NCBI GenBank assembly: GCA_040326155.1
Contig: JBEQLE010000025.1
Span: 1-46,649, forward strand
Reading direction: 5' to 3'
Origin: Leptospirales bacterium
GTDB lineage: Bacteria > Spirochaetota > Leptospiria > Turneriellales > JAOUFE01
Length of the DNA stretch: 46,649 bases
Below, piece by piece: positions 19,426-29,790 of this stretch (its first letter is position 1; each line of letters opens with the position of its first letter). The notes under the pieces are model-generated. The model did not search any database, had not been told where the DNA came from, and saw nothing but the letters and a program-made list of their open reading frames with translations. A program made the translations under genes and the position numbers.

Positions 19426-21039
19426 TTAAAGTAACATGAAACAAAGTCCCATTATAATGGTGGGAACAAAAGCCGCTGCGGCAAGACCGAGAGGCGAAAC
19501 ACCGTTTTCGAAATAATCATTCAAAATAGAACGACCGGCCGGGTTTGGCGCATTCGCGATTACAGTCAAACCTCCACCGGTTACAGCACCGGCGACGACG
19601 GCGTATTTTAAGCTATCCGTAAATACTTCTGGAGGCACAAGTGTTGCCAGATAGGTAATCGCTGCATTATCGTTAAAGGCCGTTAAGATGGTTGCTCCAA
19701 TCATTAACGGTACTTCAGTTAAACTGGCCAAAACCGGGGCAATCCACCAGGATTGAAGTCCTCCGTGAATTACCAGACCTGCCAGAAAGAAACCTACCAG
19801 AAGAGACGGTTTCAAGTTTGTCCGGTTCTGGTGGTGGGCTGTTGCATCGGCAAAACCAAGATAGAATAAAAATCCCCCGATAAAAAGAGCCGGATAATGA
19901 GCTGTAAACACAGTCCAACCAATAAAGATGAGGTGTATCAAAGTTATCCAAACAGGTACCTTTTCTACTCGTTCATCCCAGTGAATCGGTTCAGAAAGAT
20001 TATCATGCTCAATTTTTGGAGCCATTTTCGCAAATTCTTTCATAAAGACTGCCAGATATAGAATGTTCGATATGAAAATACCGATCACAGCTTTCCAACC
20101 GAAACTGACAAACATGAAATGAAATGACCAGTTCCATCTTTCAGGACTGGCAACCATCAATACAGGCGGCGCAGCAAAATTTGAAAGAGTTCCGCCAACC
20201 GAAATATTTACAAATAAAAGACCGATGGTCGCGTATGCAAATAACGGAGCCGGTTTACAGTGGTAAAACTGACGAGCTAAAAGCAGAGCTGAAATGGTCA
20301 TAGCCGCAGGTTCAGTAACAAACGAACCTAAAATAGGACCTACCGTCAAAATGGTAAACCACCATGCCGCATGTGTACTCTTCCCCAGTCTTGCAACCTG
20401 GGCAAGCGATTGTTCAGCCAGTCGAATAATCGGTCTGGTTGCCGAGAGAGTCATAATAACCACTACAAACATAGGCTCGGTAAAGTTTACACGGTGTGAA
20501 ATGTAATCTACAATGGTGTGGAAGTCAAAATAGTAGAGTACTGCGCCCGTAAGAACAATAACCCACAGGCCAAATATAGCCTCCACTTCACCAAAGAAGT
20601 GAGCAATTTCTGCACCGAAATGGACTTCTTCACGGACATCACCATGCGCATGATATACCTGCTTACCAGACTTATCTTTCTTATTGACTTTATCGCGAAA
20701 ATTATGTTCAAGCTTGTGAGCCAACGCAGTAAACTTTGTTGCTACAAACGTATGCATTATAGCTAATAAGAAAATTAAAGAAGCAATCAGATTAAATGGT
20801 TCGACATCAATTCTGTGCCATAATTTTTCTGTTAAACTTTCAATATGACTATCTTCGTAACATGACAAAGGCTTTGGCAATTCTTTACAAGAATTATGCG
20901 CTTCGACGGCTCCGCCTTCTGAGTGTTCTCCCCCGCCATGATGAGGATCGCCAGCAAATACGGCGACCGGAATCATAGAAAGAGCGCTCAGAAGCAGAAC
21001 TAATGATATAAATTTTTTCATTTTTTCCCCTTTTCCCAA
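19426..21039 (-). CDS. Putative Na+/H+ antiporter (DUF1504-type membrane protein)
   Basis: GEVEAIFGLW, FTEP, GSFVTEPAAMT, NISVGGTLSNFAAPPVLMVA, DNAAITYL, GGGLTVIANAPNPAG. Confidence 0.88.
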   Translation of the reverse strand: MGKGEKMKKFISLVLLLSALSMIPVAVFAGDPHHGGGEHSEGGAVEAHNSCKELPKPLSCYEDSHIESLTEKLWHRIDVEPFNLIASLIFLLAIMHTFVATKFTALAHKLEHNFRDKVNKKDKSGKQVYHAHGDVREEVHFGAEIAHFFGEVEAIFGLWVIVLTGAVLYYFDFHTIVDYISHRVNFTEPMFVVVIMTLSATRPIIRLAEQSLAQVARLGKSTHAAWWFTILTVGPILGSFVTEPAAMTISALLLARQFYHCKPAPLFAYATIGLLFVNISVGGTLSNFAAPPVLMVASPERWNWSFHFMFVSFGWKAVIGIFISNILYLAVFMKEFAKMAPKIEHDNLSEPIHWDERVEKVPVWITLIHLIFIGWTVFTAHYPALFIGGFLFYLGFADATAHHQNRTNLKPSLLVGFFLAGLVIHGGLQSWWIAPVLASLTEVPLMIGATILTAFNDNAAITYLATLVPPEVFTDSLKYAVVAGAVTGGGLTVIANAPNPAGRSILNDYFENGVSPLGLAAAAFVPTIIMGLCFMLL

Positions 21040-21123
21040 CTCAGTAAAAGGTTTTCTTTATATTTATAGCGTACAGCAAATATTTTTTTTTAGCACATAA
21101 AAAAATAAGCCGATACCTATCTT

Positions 21124-21627
21124 ATGCATAGATTCGCCATTATTATCCTGTCTATTTTTCTTATGAACTGTGGAGCACAACCGGGTACATTTGCTTTTTT
21201 CCCTGCCGATGAATCGGAATTGACCGAAATGCAACAGCCTTATTATTATCCACCACAGTTTAACCGTTTTACACCGCCAATCTTGTTTTCAGAAAATCGC
21301 ACAGTTTGGATGGCCTATAAACCGGACATGAGAGATTATCAAAGCCCATACGCACTTTCACTCTCTAAAGAAAGTCTTGGCTGGATAGAAATTAATCTTC
21401 AAAACCATACTCTTCTGCCGGACAGTAAGTATATTGTAAATAAATATGAAAACCTTTCCGTGGGGAAATACCTGTTACGGGTAGCTCATGACAATGAGAC
21501 TCTGGGTTCTATCGAGTTTGAAATCATCTCTGATGCTTCTCAAACTGAAGATTATATCGACTACGAAGCCCCGATTGAAGTCGTACTCGACGCCGAATCT
21601 GACGATATACGAATGCTATCGGAATAG
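21124..21627 (+). CDS. Hypothetical lipoprotein
   Basis: Signal peptide with spirochaete-type lipobox FLMNC. Confidence 0.75.
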   Translation: MHRFAIIILSIFLMNCGAQPGTFAFFPADESELTEMQQPYYYPPQFNRFTPPILFSENRTVWMAYKPDMRDYQSPYALSLSKESLGWIEINLQNHTLLPDSKYIVNKYENLSVGKYLLRVAHDNETLGSIEFEIISDASQTEDYIDYEAPIEVVLDAESDDIRMLSE

Positions 21628-21687
21628 AATTTCTTACATTGTGTCTACTTTGTTAATGTCTTGACCCGCGCTTCTTAAGCGTAAACA

Positions 21688-22536
21688 GTGTCAAACTCAA
21701 CTATGGGACACCATACTTATTCCATTTCTACCCGATATGCAGACCTCGATACGCAATGGCATGTGAACAGTGCTGCGTATGAAAGCTTTTGTAAAGAAGC
21801 TCGTATTGACTATTTAATTCAATCCGGCGCCAATTATAACGACCTGCTTCATAGAAATATTCAAATTAGACCGACATTTGCAAAAATTCATTTTCATGCC
21901 CAACAGGGTCCAAACTCAAAATTGCAAATTAATACCATGTTATATAATACAGACCAGGGTTACCATTGGAAGCATGATATTTTTTCAAATGAAAACGAAT
22001 ACCCGGTTTGTGAAGTTGAAACGTTAACTGAGATTACGGCAAACAATGCCGAATTTCTGGAACCGGGAATGAAACAACTCGAAAGTAATACGTTTCATCC
22101 ATTCCCGGAATTTAAGAACACATGTGAGCAAAACTTTTCCAAATACACAATACACCATATTGACATGGACGCTTTTCATCGCGTATCTACATCGACACTC
22201 TGGCGGTTAAACGAAGAATCCAGGTGGCGTTTTCTGGAAGAAGCCGGAATATCCTTTCGTGTATTAAAAGATGCAGGTTTTTCCCTTTTCTGGTTGCAGG
22301 GTTCTTATGAATATGGAAATTCACCTTCTGTTAATGATGAAATAACAGTACAGACAAGAATTTGTTCTTTAGAAGGGGCAAGAATTTATATCTGCCAGGA
22401 CACATATTTATTAAAAACAACCAAAATGATTATGCGAACCAAAGGGGAGTTTATTACCGTTGCGATAGAAAAGTCGAAACCGGTTCGAGTTCCATCTTTT
22501 ATAAAAGAAGCTTTTGCGCAGTACACTGAACACTGA
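21688..22536 (+). CDS. Double hot-dog acyl-CoA/acyl-ACP thioesterase
   Basis: RYADLDTQWHVNSAAY and a second motif IDMDAFHRV. Confidence 0.8.
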   Translation: MSNSTMGHHTYSISTRYADLDTQWHVNSAAYESFCKEARIDYLIQSGANYNDLLHRNIQIRPTFAKIHFHAQQGPNSKLQINTMLYNTDQGYHWKHDIFSNENEYPVCEVETLTEITANNAEFLEPGMKQLESNTFHPFPEFKNTCEQNFSKYTIHHIDMDAFHRVSTSTLWRLNEESRWRFLEEAGISFRVLKDAGFSLFWLQGSYEYGNSPSVNDEITVQTRICSLEGARIYICQDTYLLKTTKMIMRTKGEFITVAIEKSKPVRVPSFIKEAFAQYTEH

Positions 22537-24323
22537 TGGATGTAAAATACTACCAAAGAGAACTTTTCGACTACCTGCTTTTAGGCGTCTATTGGCTGGT
22601 TTTTGCAATGCTTTTATCATCTTCCTTATCCGTGGGTATTATAATTGCCATCGTTGCGCTTCCGCTTGCTCAAGTTCTAATATTAAAAGCCATAGGTGCA
22701 TACCGAATGACATGGCAGTATCCGAACCTTTTTCATTTTGTCACACTTACACTGTTAAATCTGTTTTTTACAGCGAGTTTTTTCCTGGTTGTTACCGATT
22801 GGAATATTGCCTTCACTGGACTGGCTCAGTTGGCAGGCGGGTTTTTTTCCATTAGTTTTCTAACCCTTGCAAACCGAATTTACTGGTATTTTCGATTAAA
22901 CCCCGAGAGCATGAAAAAAATTACCGGAGAGCGTTCCGTTATTATTTACGGAGCTGGAACGGTAGCAATGAACCTTCTTCACGATCTGGGAACCGACGAC
23001 CTGCTTGGACGGTATCATATTAGTACGATTGTCGATAAAGATGCGGAAAAAGTGGGAAGCCGTCTGGGTCCGTATAAAATACAATCCGCTACAGATTTAC
23101 CGCGACTGGTTGCAAAATACAGGGCTAAAGAAGTCTGGCTGACCATGCCGGTGGACCCCGCGTTTATGCAGGATATGCTGGATCACCTAAACGAGTATTC
23201 CATTATATATAAAGTCGTTCCACGGAATTTTCGACATATACTTCCCGATATTCGAAGTCTGCGAATTGAAGACCTGGTAAAACGTCCCGAAATTAAACTC
23301 TCGTATGAACCACTTCGCAAAGTGTTCGACTCTAAACGTATTTTTATTACTGGCGCGGCGGGCTCTATTGGAAGTGAAATAGCAAAACAGATTTTAACTT
23401 TCGATGTAAAACGAGTTGTTCTGGTCGACCAGGACGAGCATGGCATTTACCAGATGGAGCGAACCCATGCAAACGACTCCCGTGTTATTTGTACCATTGC
23501 CGATGTTCGAGATGCGAATAGAATCTCTTCTTTAATTCTTTCAGAAAAACCGGAATTTATTTTTCATGCAGCGGCTTATAAACATGTTCCTTTAATGGAA
23601 AACCATTTTACGGAAGCCGTGCAAACAAACGTCCTGGGGACTTACAATTTACTGCAAGCCGCCGGAAAGCTTGCGAAAAACCAAACCAAAAAATTCAACC
23701 TTCGCTTTGTAAACATCTCTACCGATAAAGCGGTTTCGCCTGAAAACATTATGGGTTTAACAAAGCGAATATCGGAACTTCTAGTCTATAATATGTCGAC
23801 ATTGGAAAAAAACGGGGGTGGGCTTCAAACCGTCTCGGTCCGCTTTGGAAATGTACTAAGCTCATCAGGTTCCGTGGTTCCCCTGTTCTGGGAACAAATA
23901 GAAAAAGGCGGTCCGTTAAGTGTAACCCACCCCGATATGGAACGATTTTTTATGACGATACCAGAAGCGGTAAACCTTGTATTACATTCTGTTTTACAAT
24001 CAACCGGGGACGATATACTTGCGCTCGATATGGGTAAACCGGTAAAAATAGTTGAATTGGCAAAACGTTTAATCTTACTTTCTGGTCATACGCTCGATAA
24101 AGAAATTAAAATTGAATTTACCGGTAAACGACCCGGAGAAAAATTAAAAGAAGAACTGTTCTGGACCAAAAACAGCCAAAGAACTGAAAATCTTTATATA
24201 TTCAGGTCGCGAGAAGATTTAAGAAAACTTCCGCCCCATTCAGTAATTCAAAAAATAAAAAAAGCGATTGAAGAGGATTATTCGCTGCGCTGGTGGAAAA
24301 CTTTTCTAAAACAATTCATGTAA
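22536..24323 (+). CDS. CapD/PglF-like nucleotide-sugar 4,6-dehydratase
   Basis: N-terminal TMs, TGAAGSIGSE, HAAAYKHVP, STDKAV, VRFGNVL, RFFMTIPEA, RPGEKL. Confidence 0.93.
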   Translation: MDVKYYQRELFDYLLLGVYWLVFAMLLSSSLSVGIIIAIVALPLAQVLILKAIGAYRMTWQYPNLFHFVTLTLLNLFFTASFFLVVTDWNIAFTGLAQLAGGFFSISFLTLANRIYWYFRLNPESMKKITGERSVIIYGAGTVAMNLLHDLGTDDLLGRYHISTIVDKDAEKVGSRLGPYKIQSATDLPRLVAKYRAKEVWLTMPVDPAFMQDMLDHLNEYSIIYKVVPRNFRHILPDIRSLRIEDLVKRPEIKLSYEPLRKVFDSKRIFITGAAGSIGSEIAKQILTFDVKRVVLVDQDEHGIYQMERTHANDSRVICTIADVRDANRISSLILSEKPEFIFHAAAYKHVPLMENHFTEAVQTNVLGTYNLLQAAGKLAKNQTKKFNLRFVNISTDKAVSPENIMGLTKRISELLVYNMSTLEKNGGGLQTVSVRFGNVLSSSGSVVPLFWEQIEKGGPLSVTHPDMERFFMTIPEAVNLVLHSVLQSTGDDILALDMGKPVKIVELAKRLILLSGHTLDKEIKIEFTGKRPGEKLKEELFWTKNSQRTENLYIFRSREDLRKLPPHSVIQKIKKAIEEDYSLRWWKTFLKQFM

Positions 24324-24951
24324 AAGTGGAAATTTTATCATTCATCATCAGGGTATACTTTTCAATATCGACTGGCTGGTTTCCTCTTGAAAAAAAATCT
24401 TGTATAATAGCATAATAATATCGTTTGCCTGCCGGTAACTGATGAATATTTTGTTCTGTAATTCCCCCTATAAAAACTATATCGCGAGTCCATTTTGAGA
24501 AAAGAAATTCAAACTGTTTTGTGTTCACTTCAATTTCCGATTTTGTTGCGCTCGCAAAGACAGCCCCAAAACCTATATAAGAAGCCATATGTTTTTCAGC
24601 CAATGCGCGCTCAATTTCAAGCGGGTTATGTGTCGATCTTCCAAACGGGCCCTGAAAGGCATTTTCAGGTGTGTCCCAGCCTAAATGCAAAGGAAGTTCA
24701 AGTTCTGTGGCTATTTCTGCATAATCATTTACAAGGAGGAGTCCATTATAAGCTACAGATACTTTTTTCAACTCTTTCGTATTCGCAAGCAAAGTGGCGC
24801 GAGTAGATAACTTATCTCGGTATTGCAAATTCTCACCGCCACCCTCGAAGAATGCTCGGGCAAAATCTACGATATGAATGCCGTTTCTTTCACAACTTTC
24901 AAAATCAGCAATAGCATATACACGAGACCGATTTTTCAACAGTTTTTCCAT
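24316..24951 (-). CDS. thiE: Thiamine-phosphate synthase family protein
   Basis: QYRDK, VND, HLG, STH, GAVFASATK, IGGI motifs. Confidence 0.8.
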   Translation of the reverse strand: MEKLLKNRSRVYAIADFESCERNGIHIVDFARAFFEGGGENLQYRDKLSTRATLLANTKELKKVSVAYNGLLLVNDYAEIATELELPLHLGWDTPENAFQGPFGRSTHNPLEIERALAEKHMASYIGFGAVFASATKSEIEVNTKQFEFLFSKWTRDIVFIGGITEQNIHQLPAGKRYYYAIIQDFFSRGNQPVDIEKYTLMMNDKISTFT

Positions 24952-24993
24952 GTGGTAAATTCTTCATTGTAAACGCTTTATCAAGGAAATTAA

Positions 24994-25665
24994 TTGACAG
25001 TGTGCATAATGGGACAAAAATACAATGTGGTACCTGAGTCTCTGCCAATGTGGGCGCACTACATCGCTGTTATATTTGGAGCGTATTTATTGGGTTCCAT
25101 ACCGACGGCTTATCTGATTGCTATACAAAAAAACATTGATATACGAAAAGAAGGCTCGGGAAATGTCGGAGCAACAAATGCATTTCGTGTTTTAGGTAAA
25201 AGAGCCGGGGGTATGGTTCTTTTTTTCGACGCATTTAAAGGCTTTATTACCATCTTATTGATAGAAATGACCTTTCAAACCGAGGATAAAGTATACCTGG
25301 TTTTGACAGCCGGAACCTTTGCGACTATAGGCCATGTATTTCCTGTCTGGCTCTCGTTTAAAGGAGGCAAAGGGGTCGCGACCATGTGTGGCGTTTTAAT
25401 TGCTATTTCACCTTACCAGTTTTTTATTGCCGCCGGAGTATTCTTTTTAATACTATTTTTATTCAGATTTATCTCTTTAAGCTCTATGTTTGCCGCTGCC
25501 ACATTGCCACTTACTTTTTTTCTGTTTTACGAATTTGAATCCAATATGCCCATATTTATTTTTTTTATGGTTTTGTCCATTTTTATTATATTAATGCATC
25601 ATGAAAATATAAAACGAATGTTTACGGGTACCGAATCAAGATTCACCAGTTTGTCTAAGCATTAA
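24994..25665 (+). CDS. plsY: Glycerol-3-phosphate acyltransferase
   Basis: YLLGSIP, GSGNVGATN, DAFKG, GHVFP, FKGGKGVAT, HHENI. Start is probably the ATG at 25048. Confidence 0.95.
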   Translation: MTVCIMGQKYNVVPESLPMWAHYIAVIFGAYLLGSIPTAYLIAIQKNIDIRKEGSGNVGATNAFRVLGKRAGGMVLFFDAFKGFITILLIEMTFQTEDKVYLVLTAGTFATIGHVFPVWLSFKGGKGVATMCGVLIAISPYQFFIAAGVFFLILFLFRFISLSSMFAAATLPLTFFLFYEFESNMPIFIFFMVLSIFIILMHHENIKRMFTGTESRFTSLSKH

Positions 25666-25725
25666 AAAATATAGCAAACTATAAAAAAAATCGCCTTTAT
25701 TCCGTTTAAATAGTATAATGTTCAT

Positions 25726-25849
25726 ACTCGTGTAGCAATCAGTTACATGATTAGGACGATGGTTTGTAGTATCTAACTGCAACCACTCTCCTTCCTCCTT
25801 TCTCAAAACACTATACCCGGGTGCTTCAACGAAGAGTCCGGGTTTTTTT
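25726..25849 (+). ncRNA. Candidate small RNA
   Basis: TATAAT at 25714-25719, two hairpins, CU-rich CTCTCCTTCCTCCTTTCTC, then a terminator with a T run. Confidence 0.45.
25815..25849 (+). terminator. Intrinsic terminator
   Basis: ACCCGGG...TCCGGGT followed by a T tract. Confidence 0.65.
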
Positions 25850-25981
25850 CAATCAGAAATACCCACTTTCCCCCCTTATGAAAAATTGTTCACCGGCGGT
25901 AAGTATATTCTATAATGGCAGTCTTTCTATTTAAAATGTTTCAGCGGCAGGGGTACATTTTGCGTTGTGTAAGGAGGTTTT

Positions 25982-27091
25982 GTGAAAATCGGCTCGATAC
26001 TGTATTTTATAAGTTTTCTATTATTTGTTAATAGTTTAATCCATTTATGGCGTATAAATAACTTTAAGTATTTCGGCCTGGGGCTTCTACTTTTTATAGC
26101 ATCCATTGTTGCCTTGAAATATGGTCTGTTTTATACGGGAGATATAATACATTATCCCCGCCTTCTCGGAATTGAGCCATGGATGCAAAGCATTACCGTA
26201 ACAATATATATGTTCTATATACCCAGCCTCGGCGGGTGCCATTTTCATTGGAAAGACCTTAAAAACCTGATTCTTTGTGTTCCATTATTACAATTTTATT
26301 TATACGCTGGGTATTTCTTAATGGATAATACCTGGCACCAAAAGGTTGTGGAAATCGCCATGACTAATGGTCAGCCCTTTGTCTTTCCAAATACCTTGAG
26401 TGTAACTGTACTCGGCGTGTATAATGGAGTGCTTTTCCCGTGGGCCGCCTATCTTTTCTTGAAAATATTTCTCCAGAAAAAAGTTACCGGGCCAAAAACC
26501 TCCCATATAAAAACTGGCTTTTCTGTGGTAATCATATGGGCGCTGTTTACTACGATTCTATCTACCTTGTATGCCCGCATTTATTTTTTAGATTTACCTT
26601 TGCCCGCCTGGAATCCCCTGTTAATGTATGGTAGCGCTTATCTGTTCTTTCTTTTCTGGCAGGTGTGGCCTTATTATATTAAAGCAGGATCTGTTATGTT
26701 CGAAACCTCAACCTTTAAAATTGGTCAGGCGGGTCGCAGCTATCTTGACGGAATTGATTTAAACGCGCTGCATAAAAATTTTACATTTTTGATGGAAGAA
26801 GAAAAAATTTATCAGGATGATGAACTAAGTTTGCCGGGACTTGCCGATAAGTTACAGGTTTCAGTTCACCAGCTTTCTGAATATTTCAACCGTTCCCTGA
26901 AAACGCGTTTCATAGATTATATTAACGCCTTGCGCATCAAAGAGAGTAAACGCATGCTTGACAAAGAACCCGAAAAATCCATAACAGAAATTTGCTATGA
27001 GGTAGGTTTTAATTCGAATTCGGTATTCTACCGTATCTTTAAAAAGTTTACCGGACATACTCCAAAAACCTGGCGGGAGAAAAAGAAATGA
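25982..27091 (+). CDS. Membrane-anchored AraC-family transcriptional regulator
   Basis: About 7 N-terminal TM segments; C-terminal HTH HQLSEYFN...ICYEVGFNSNSVFYRIFKKFTGHTP; AAGGAGG RBS. Confidence 0.92.
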   Translation: MKIGSILYFISFLLFVNSLIHLWRINNFKYFGLGLLLFIASIVALKYGLFYTGDIIHYPRLLGIEPWMQSITVTIYMFYIPSLGGCHFHWKDLKNLILCVPLLQFYLYAGYFLMDNTWHQKVVEIAMTNGQPFVFPNTLSVTVLGVYNGVLFPWAAYLFLKIFLQKKVTGPKTSHIKTGFSVVIIWALFTTILSTLYARIYFLDLPLPAWNPLLMYGSAYLFFLFWQVWPYYIKAGSVMFETSTFKIGQAGRSYLDGIDLNALHKNFTFLMEEEKIYQDDELSLPGLADKLQVSVHQLSEYFNRSLKTRFIDYINALRIKESKRMLDKEPEKSITEICYEVGFNSNSVFYRIFKKFTGHTPKTWREKKK

Positions 27092-27287
27092 TACAAGCTG
27101 GCATTTTATATACTATAGCGTGTTTATTTATTATAAAGCATTTAAAAAAGAGACCGGTTTAGTGGCAAAAAAGAAACCAGTGAAGAATCTTACTGATGGG
27201 TGCCTGAACTTTGGCCAATTTCACCGAGATGTAACTAAACATTAAATATTGCTCTAAAGACAGATAAAAACAGACGATACCTATAAT

Positions 27288-27578
27288 GTGAAAACGATAA
27301 ACTCAAAAGCTCTTCGTATAAAAAAGAAAGATTTTAAAGCCTATCTGGTAAATCTGATTTGTGAACACCCGGCCAATTCCGTAAGAGTTTTTTCTGACCT
27401 GTTAAAGCGCGAACCAAAAAAGGTAATTCACTTTTTGCAAGAAGAGAACGGGTTGCGGTGGATTGAAAAAAAAGTTGACCAAAGCACCAACAAAGGCGCA
27501 CATCTGGCGCTGTCAGGCTTAAGACTGTTTTTGCAAAGTTGTAATTTTTCAGGGTCCGAAAAATATTATAAAAACTAA
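27288..27578 (+). CDS. Hypothetical basic protein
   Basis: 96-aa ORF filling the gap. No RBS; sigma28-like box upstream. Confidence 0.55.
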   Translation: MKTINSKALRIKKKDFKAYLVNLICEHPANSVRVFSDLLKREPKKVIHFLQEENGLRWIEKKVDQSTNKGAHLALSGLRLFLQSCNFSGSEKYYKN

Positions 27579-27582
27579 GTGA

Positions 27583-28689
27583 CTAGATAAATGTGTCGAT
27601 TTCATTATAAATATCTTTAATCTTTTTCTCAGATTTTATAAAAGCGTTTAATACGTCAGGGTCAAAATCTCCGGGTGAAGTTTTTGCGTCCCCTTTTTGC
27701 AAAACCTGAACGGCATGTTCATGAGTCTGTCCTTTTTTATAGGGACGGTCACTTCGAATAGCGTCATATTGGTCGGCCAACTGTACAATTCTACCTGCTA
27801 AAGGTATCTGTTCGCCTGAAATATTATGTGGATAACCACCGCCATTGAATTTTTCATGATGGGTAAGGCAAATATCACGAGCCATCGTTAACAAAGTAGA
27901 GCTTGACCCTTCGAGAATTTCAGCCCCTATTGCAGTATGACTTTTAACTAAATTCCATTCCGTATCGCTTAATTTTTCCGTTTTAGTCAAAATATAATCG
28001 GGTATGGCAACTTTTCCAATATCGTGCATCGGCGAAGCATAAAATATTTTATCGCAAAAATCGCGATCGGAACCCATCGCTTCGGCCAACCCCCTGGAAT
28101 AATACCCTATTCTTTTTGTGTGGGCGCCAATTTCTTTATCTTTGTACTCTATTGCTATATTTAGTCGATGAACCGTCTCAAGATAACTTTGCCGGGTTTG
28201 CTCCATTGATTTATGCAGCTCAGCCATGGTCTTTTGCAATTCTTTTGTTTTATTTTCAACATCCGCTTCCAGTCTTTTGCTGTAATCGCTCAATAAATTA
28301 TAATAGTTTTTCAAATGCAAATTATTGTTAATTCGCAAGATGAGTTCTTCCTCATCGAAGGGCTTTCCCAGGTAGTCATTGGCTCCTTTCGAAATACCCA
28401 GCAGACGATCTTGTTTGCGGTCAAGTTGAGTAAGTATAATTATGGGAATTTGTTGAACTCTTTCATTTTTTTTGATCTGTTCGATTAATTGAAAACCATT
28501 CATGCCGGGCAATAAAACATCAAGCAAAATGAGATCAGCATTTTCCTTTAAAGCCAGCTCATAGGCCGAGTCTCCATTATCAGTAGTAATACAAGAGTGT
28601 CCAAGATTGGTACAAATTGTTTTAAGATGAAATCGTGTATCTGCGTTTGCTTCAGCTATGATAATTTTTGACGCCGGGGTCAAAATCAT
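27583..28689 (-). CDS. REC + HD-GYP c-di-GMP phosphodiesterase (RpfG-like)
   Basis: REC domain, MHDIGK, HHEKFNGGGYP, RPYK. Confidence 0.93.
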   Translation of the reverse strand: MILTPASKIIIAEANADTRFHLKTICTNLGHSCITTDNGDSAYELALKENADLILLDVLLPGMNGFQLIEQIKKNERVQQIPIIILTQLDRKQDRLLGISKGANDYLGKPFDEEELILRINNNLHLKNYYNLLSDYSKRLEADVENKTKELQKTMAELHKSMEQTRQSYLETVHRLNIAIEYKDKEIGAHTKRIGYYSRGLAEAMGSDRDFCDKIFYASPMHDIGKVAIPDYILTKTEKLSDTEWNLVKSHTAIGAEILEGSSSTLLTMARDICLTHHEKFNGGGYPHNISGEQIPLAGRIVQLADQYDAIRSDRPYKKGQTHEHAVQVLQKGDAKTSPGDFDPDVLNAFIKSEKKIKDIYNEIDTFI

Positions 28690-29066
28690 TACTTAGAATC
28701 CGACTTCACAAACTTCTCAACAAGCCGCAATAGTACCGGAATAGAAATAGGTTTACTCAAGTACTCAGCAAACCCTCGCTTAATATAATTTTTTTTATCA
28801 CCATCCATATTGAAAGCCGAGACTGCAATAATCGGAGTCTTTTCCATTCCTTTAATTTGTCGAAGACGTTTCATCATCTGAATGCCGTCCATTCTTGCCA
28901 TCTGAATGTCCAGAAAAATTAAAGATGGTCTTACTTTTTGAACCGCTTTTAACGCCTCTTCTCCATTGTACGCACGTTCAACTTGATAGGACTTTGTCGA
29001 AAGAATATCGTCCATCAGAGTGATGTTGATAGGAGAATCGTCCACCAGCAAAATTGTGTTCGCCAT
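28689..29066 (-). CDS. Single-domain response regulator
   Basis: LLVDD, FLDIQMARMDG, KP. Start chosen at the ATG at 29066 (ORF track gives 29114). TAATG overlap with the HD-GYP gene. Confidence 0.88.
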   Translation of the reverse strand: MANTILLVDDSPINITLMDDILSTKSYQVERAYNGEEALKAVQKVRPSLIFLDIQMARMDGIQMMKRLRQIKGMEKTPIIAVSAFNMDGDKKNYIKRGFAEYLSKPISIPVLLRLVEKFVKSDSK

Positions 29067-29215
29067 TACGACCATGTTTATGAAAGCTTCGAGAAATGCA
29101 AAGAAATTTTGCAAAATTTTTTAAAAAAGTTTATCTTTTGAAAGCAGAGCCCGTGTCAGTATAAACCAATACGAACCTTATTATTGTGAAACCCGCTTAT
29201 ACGAAGAACTGATTA

Positions 29216-29728
29216 TTATACAACTGCGCCATCGCTGTACTGTTTGAAAAAGTCGAAATCTTCACTTGAAAAAGCTGATATTCGAAGCTGCATCATGGTA
29301 TAATAATCTTTCAATATTTTTAAATGATAAATTTCCTGATCTTCGGGAGTCATATCTTCTTGTTCTTTTTCACAGATGCGGTAGTATTGAGTTTCGATAT
29401 CATTTATAAAATCGTCACCTTTCTTTTCGAAAATCATTACCGAGGCTACCAGGTCATAATAGATGGTTTCAGAAATCTTTTCAAACTCAGCGTCCGTTTT
29501 TTCCCAATGGTCGCCTGCAACCTGACTTTGAAAATAATCGCCCCATGTTATAATGTCCGGTTTCACTCCGAATTGTTCTTCCATTTTGACGAGTTCAACT
29601 TCAGGAAGATAGGTCGTTCCTGAAACTCGATCAACATACTCTTTTAAGGATGCTAATAATTCAATTTTTTGGACACTTAATTTCTTTTGTGAAATCATGT
29701 CTTCAATAGCAGGGTTTATGTTTTTCAT
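29216..29728 (-). CDS. Hypothetical acidic protein
   Basis: Long ORF. The ATG at 29728 avoids overlap with the divergent gene (ORF track gives 29758). Confidence 0.75.
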   Translation of the reverse strand: MKNINPAIEDMISQKKLSVQKIELLASLKEYVDRVSGTTYLPEVELVKMEEQFGVKPDIITWGDYFQSQVAGDHWEKTDAEFEKISETIYYDLVASVMIFEKKGDDFINDIETQYYRICEKEQEDMTPEDQEIYHLKILKDYYTMMQLRISAFSSEDFDFFKQYSDGAVV

Positions 29729-29790
29729 AAGGTACATATCGGTGTTTTTTGCTATCAATTAAGTATTTTTCTTCCGATAGAATCAATATC

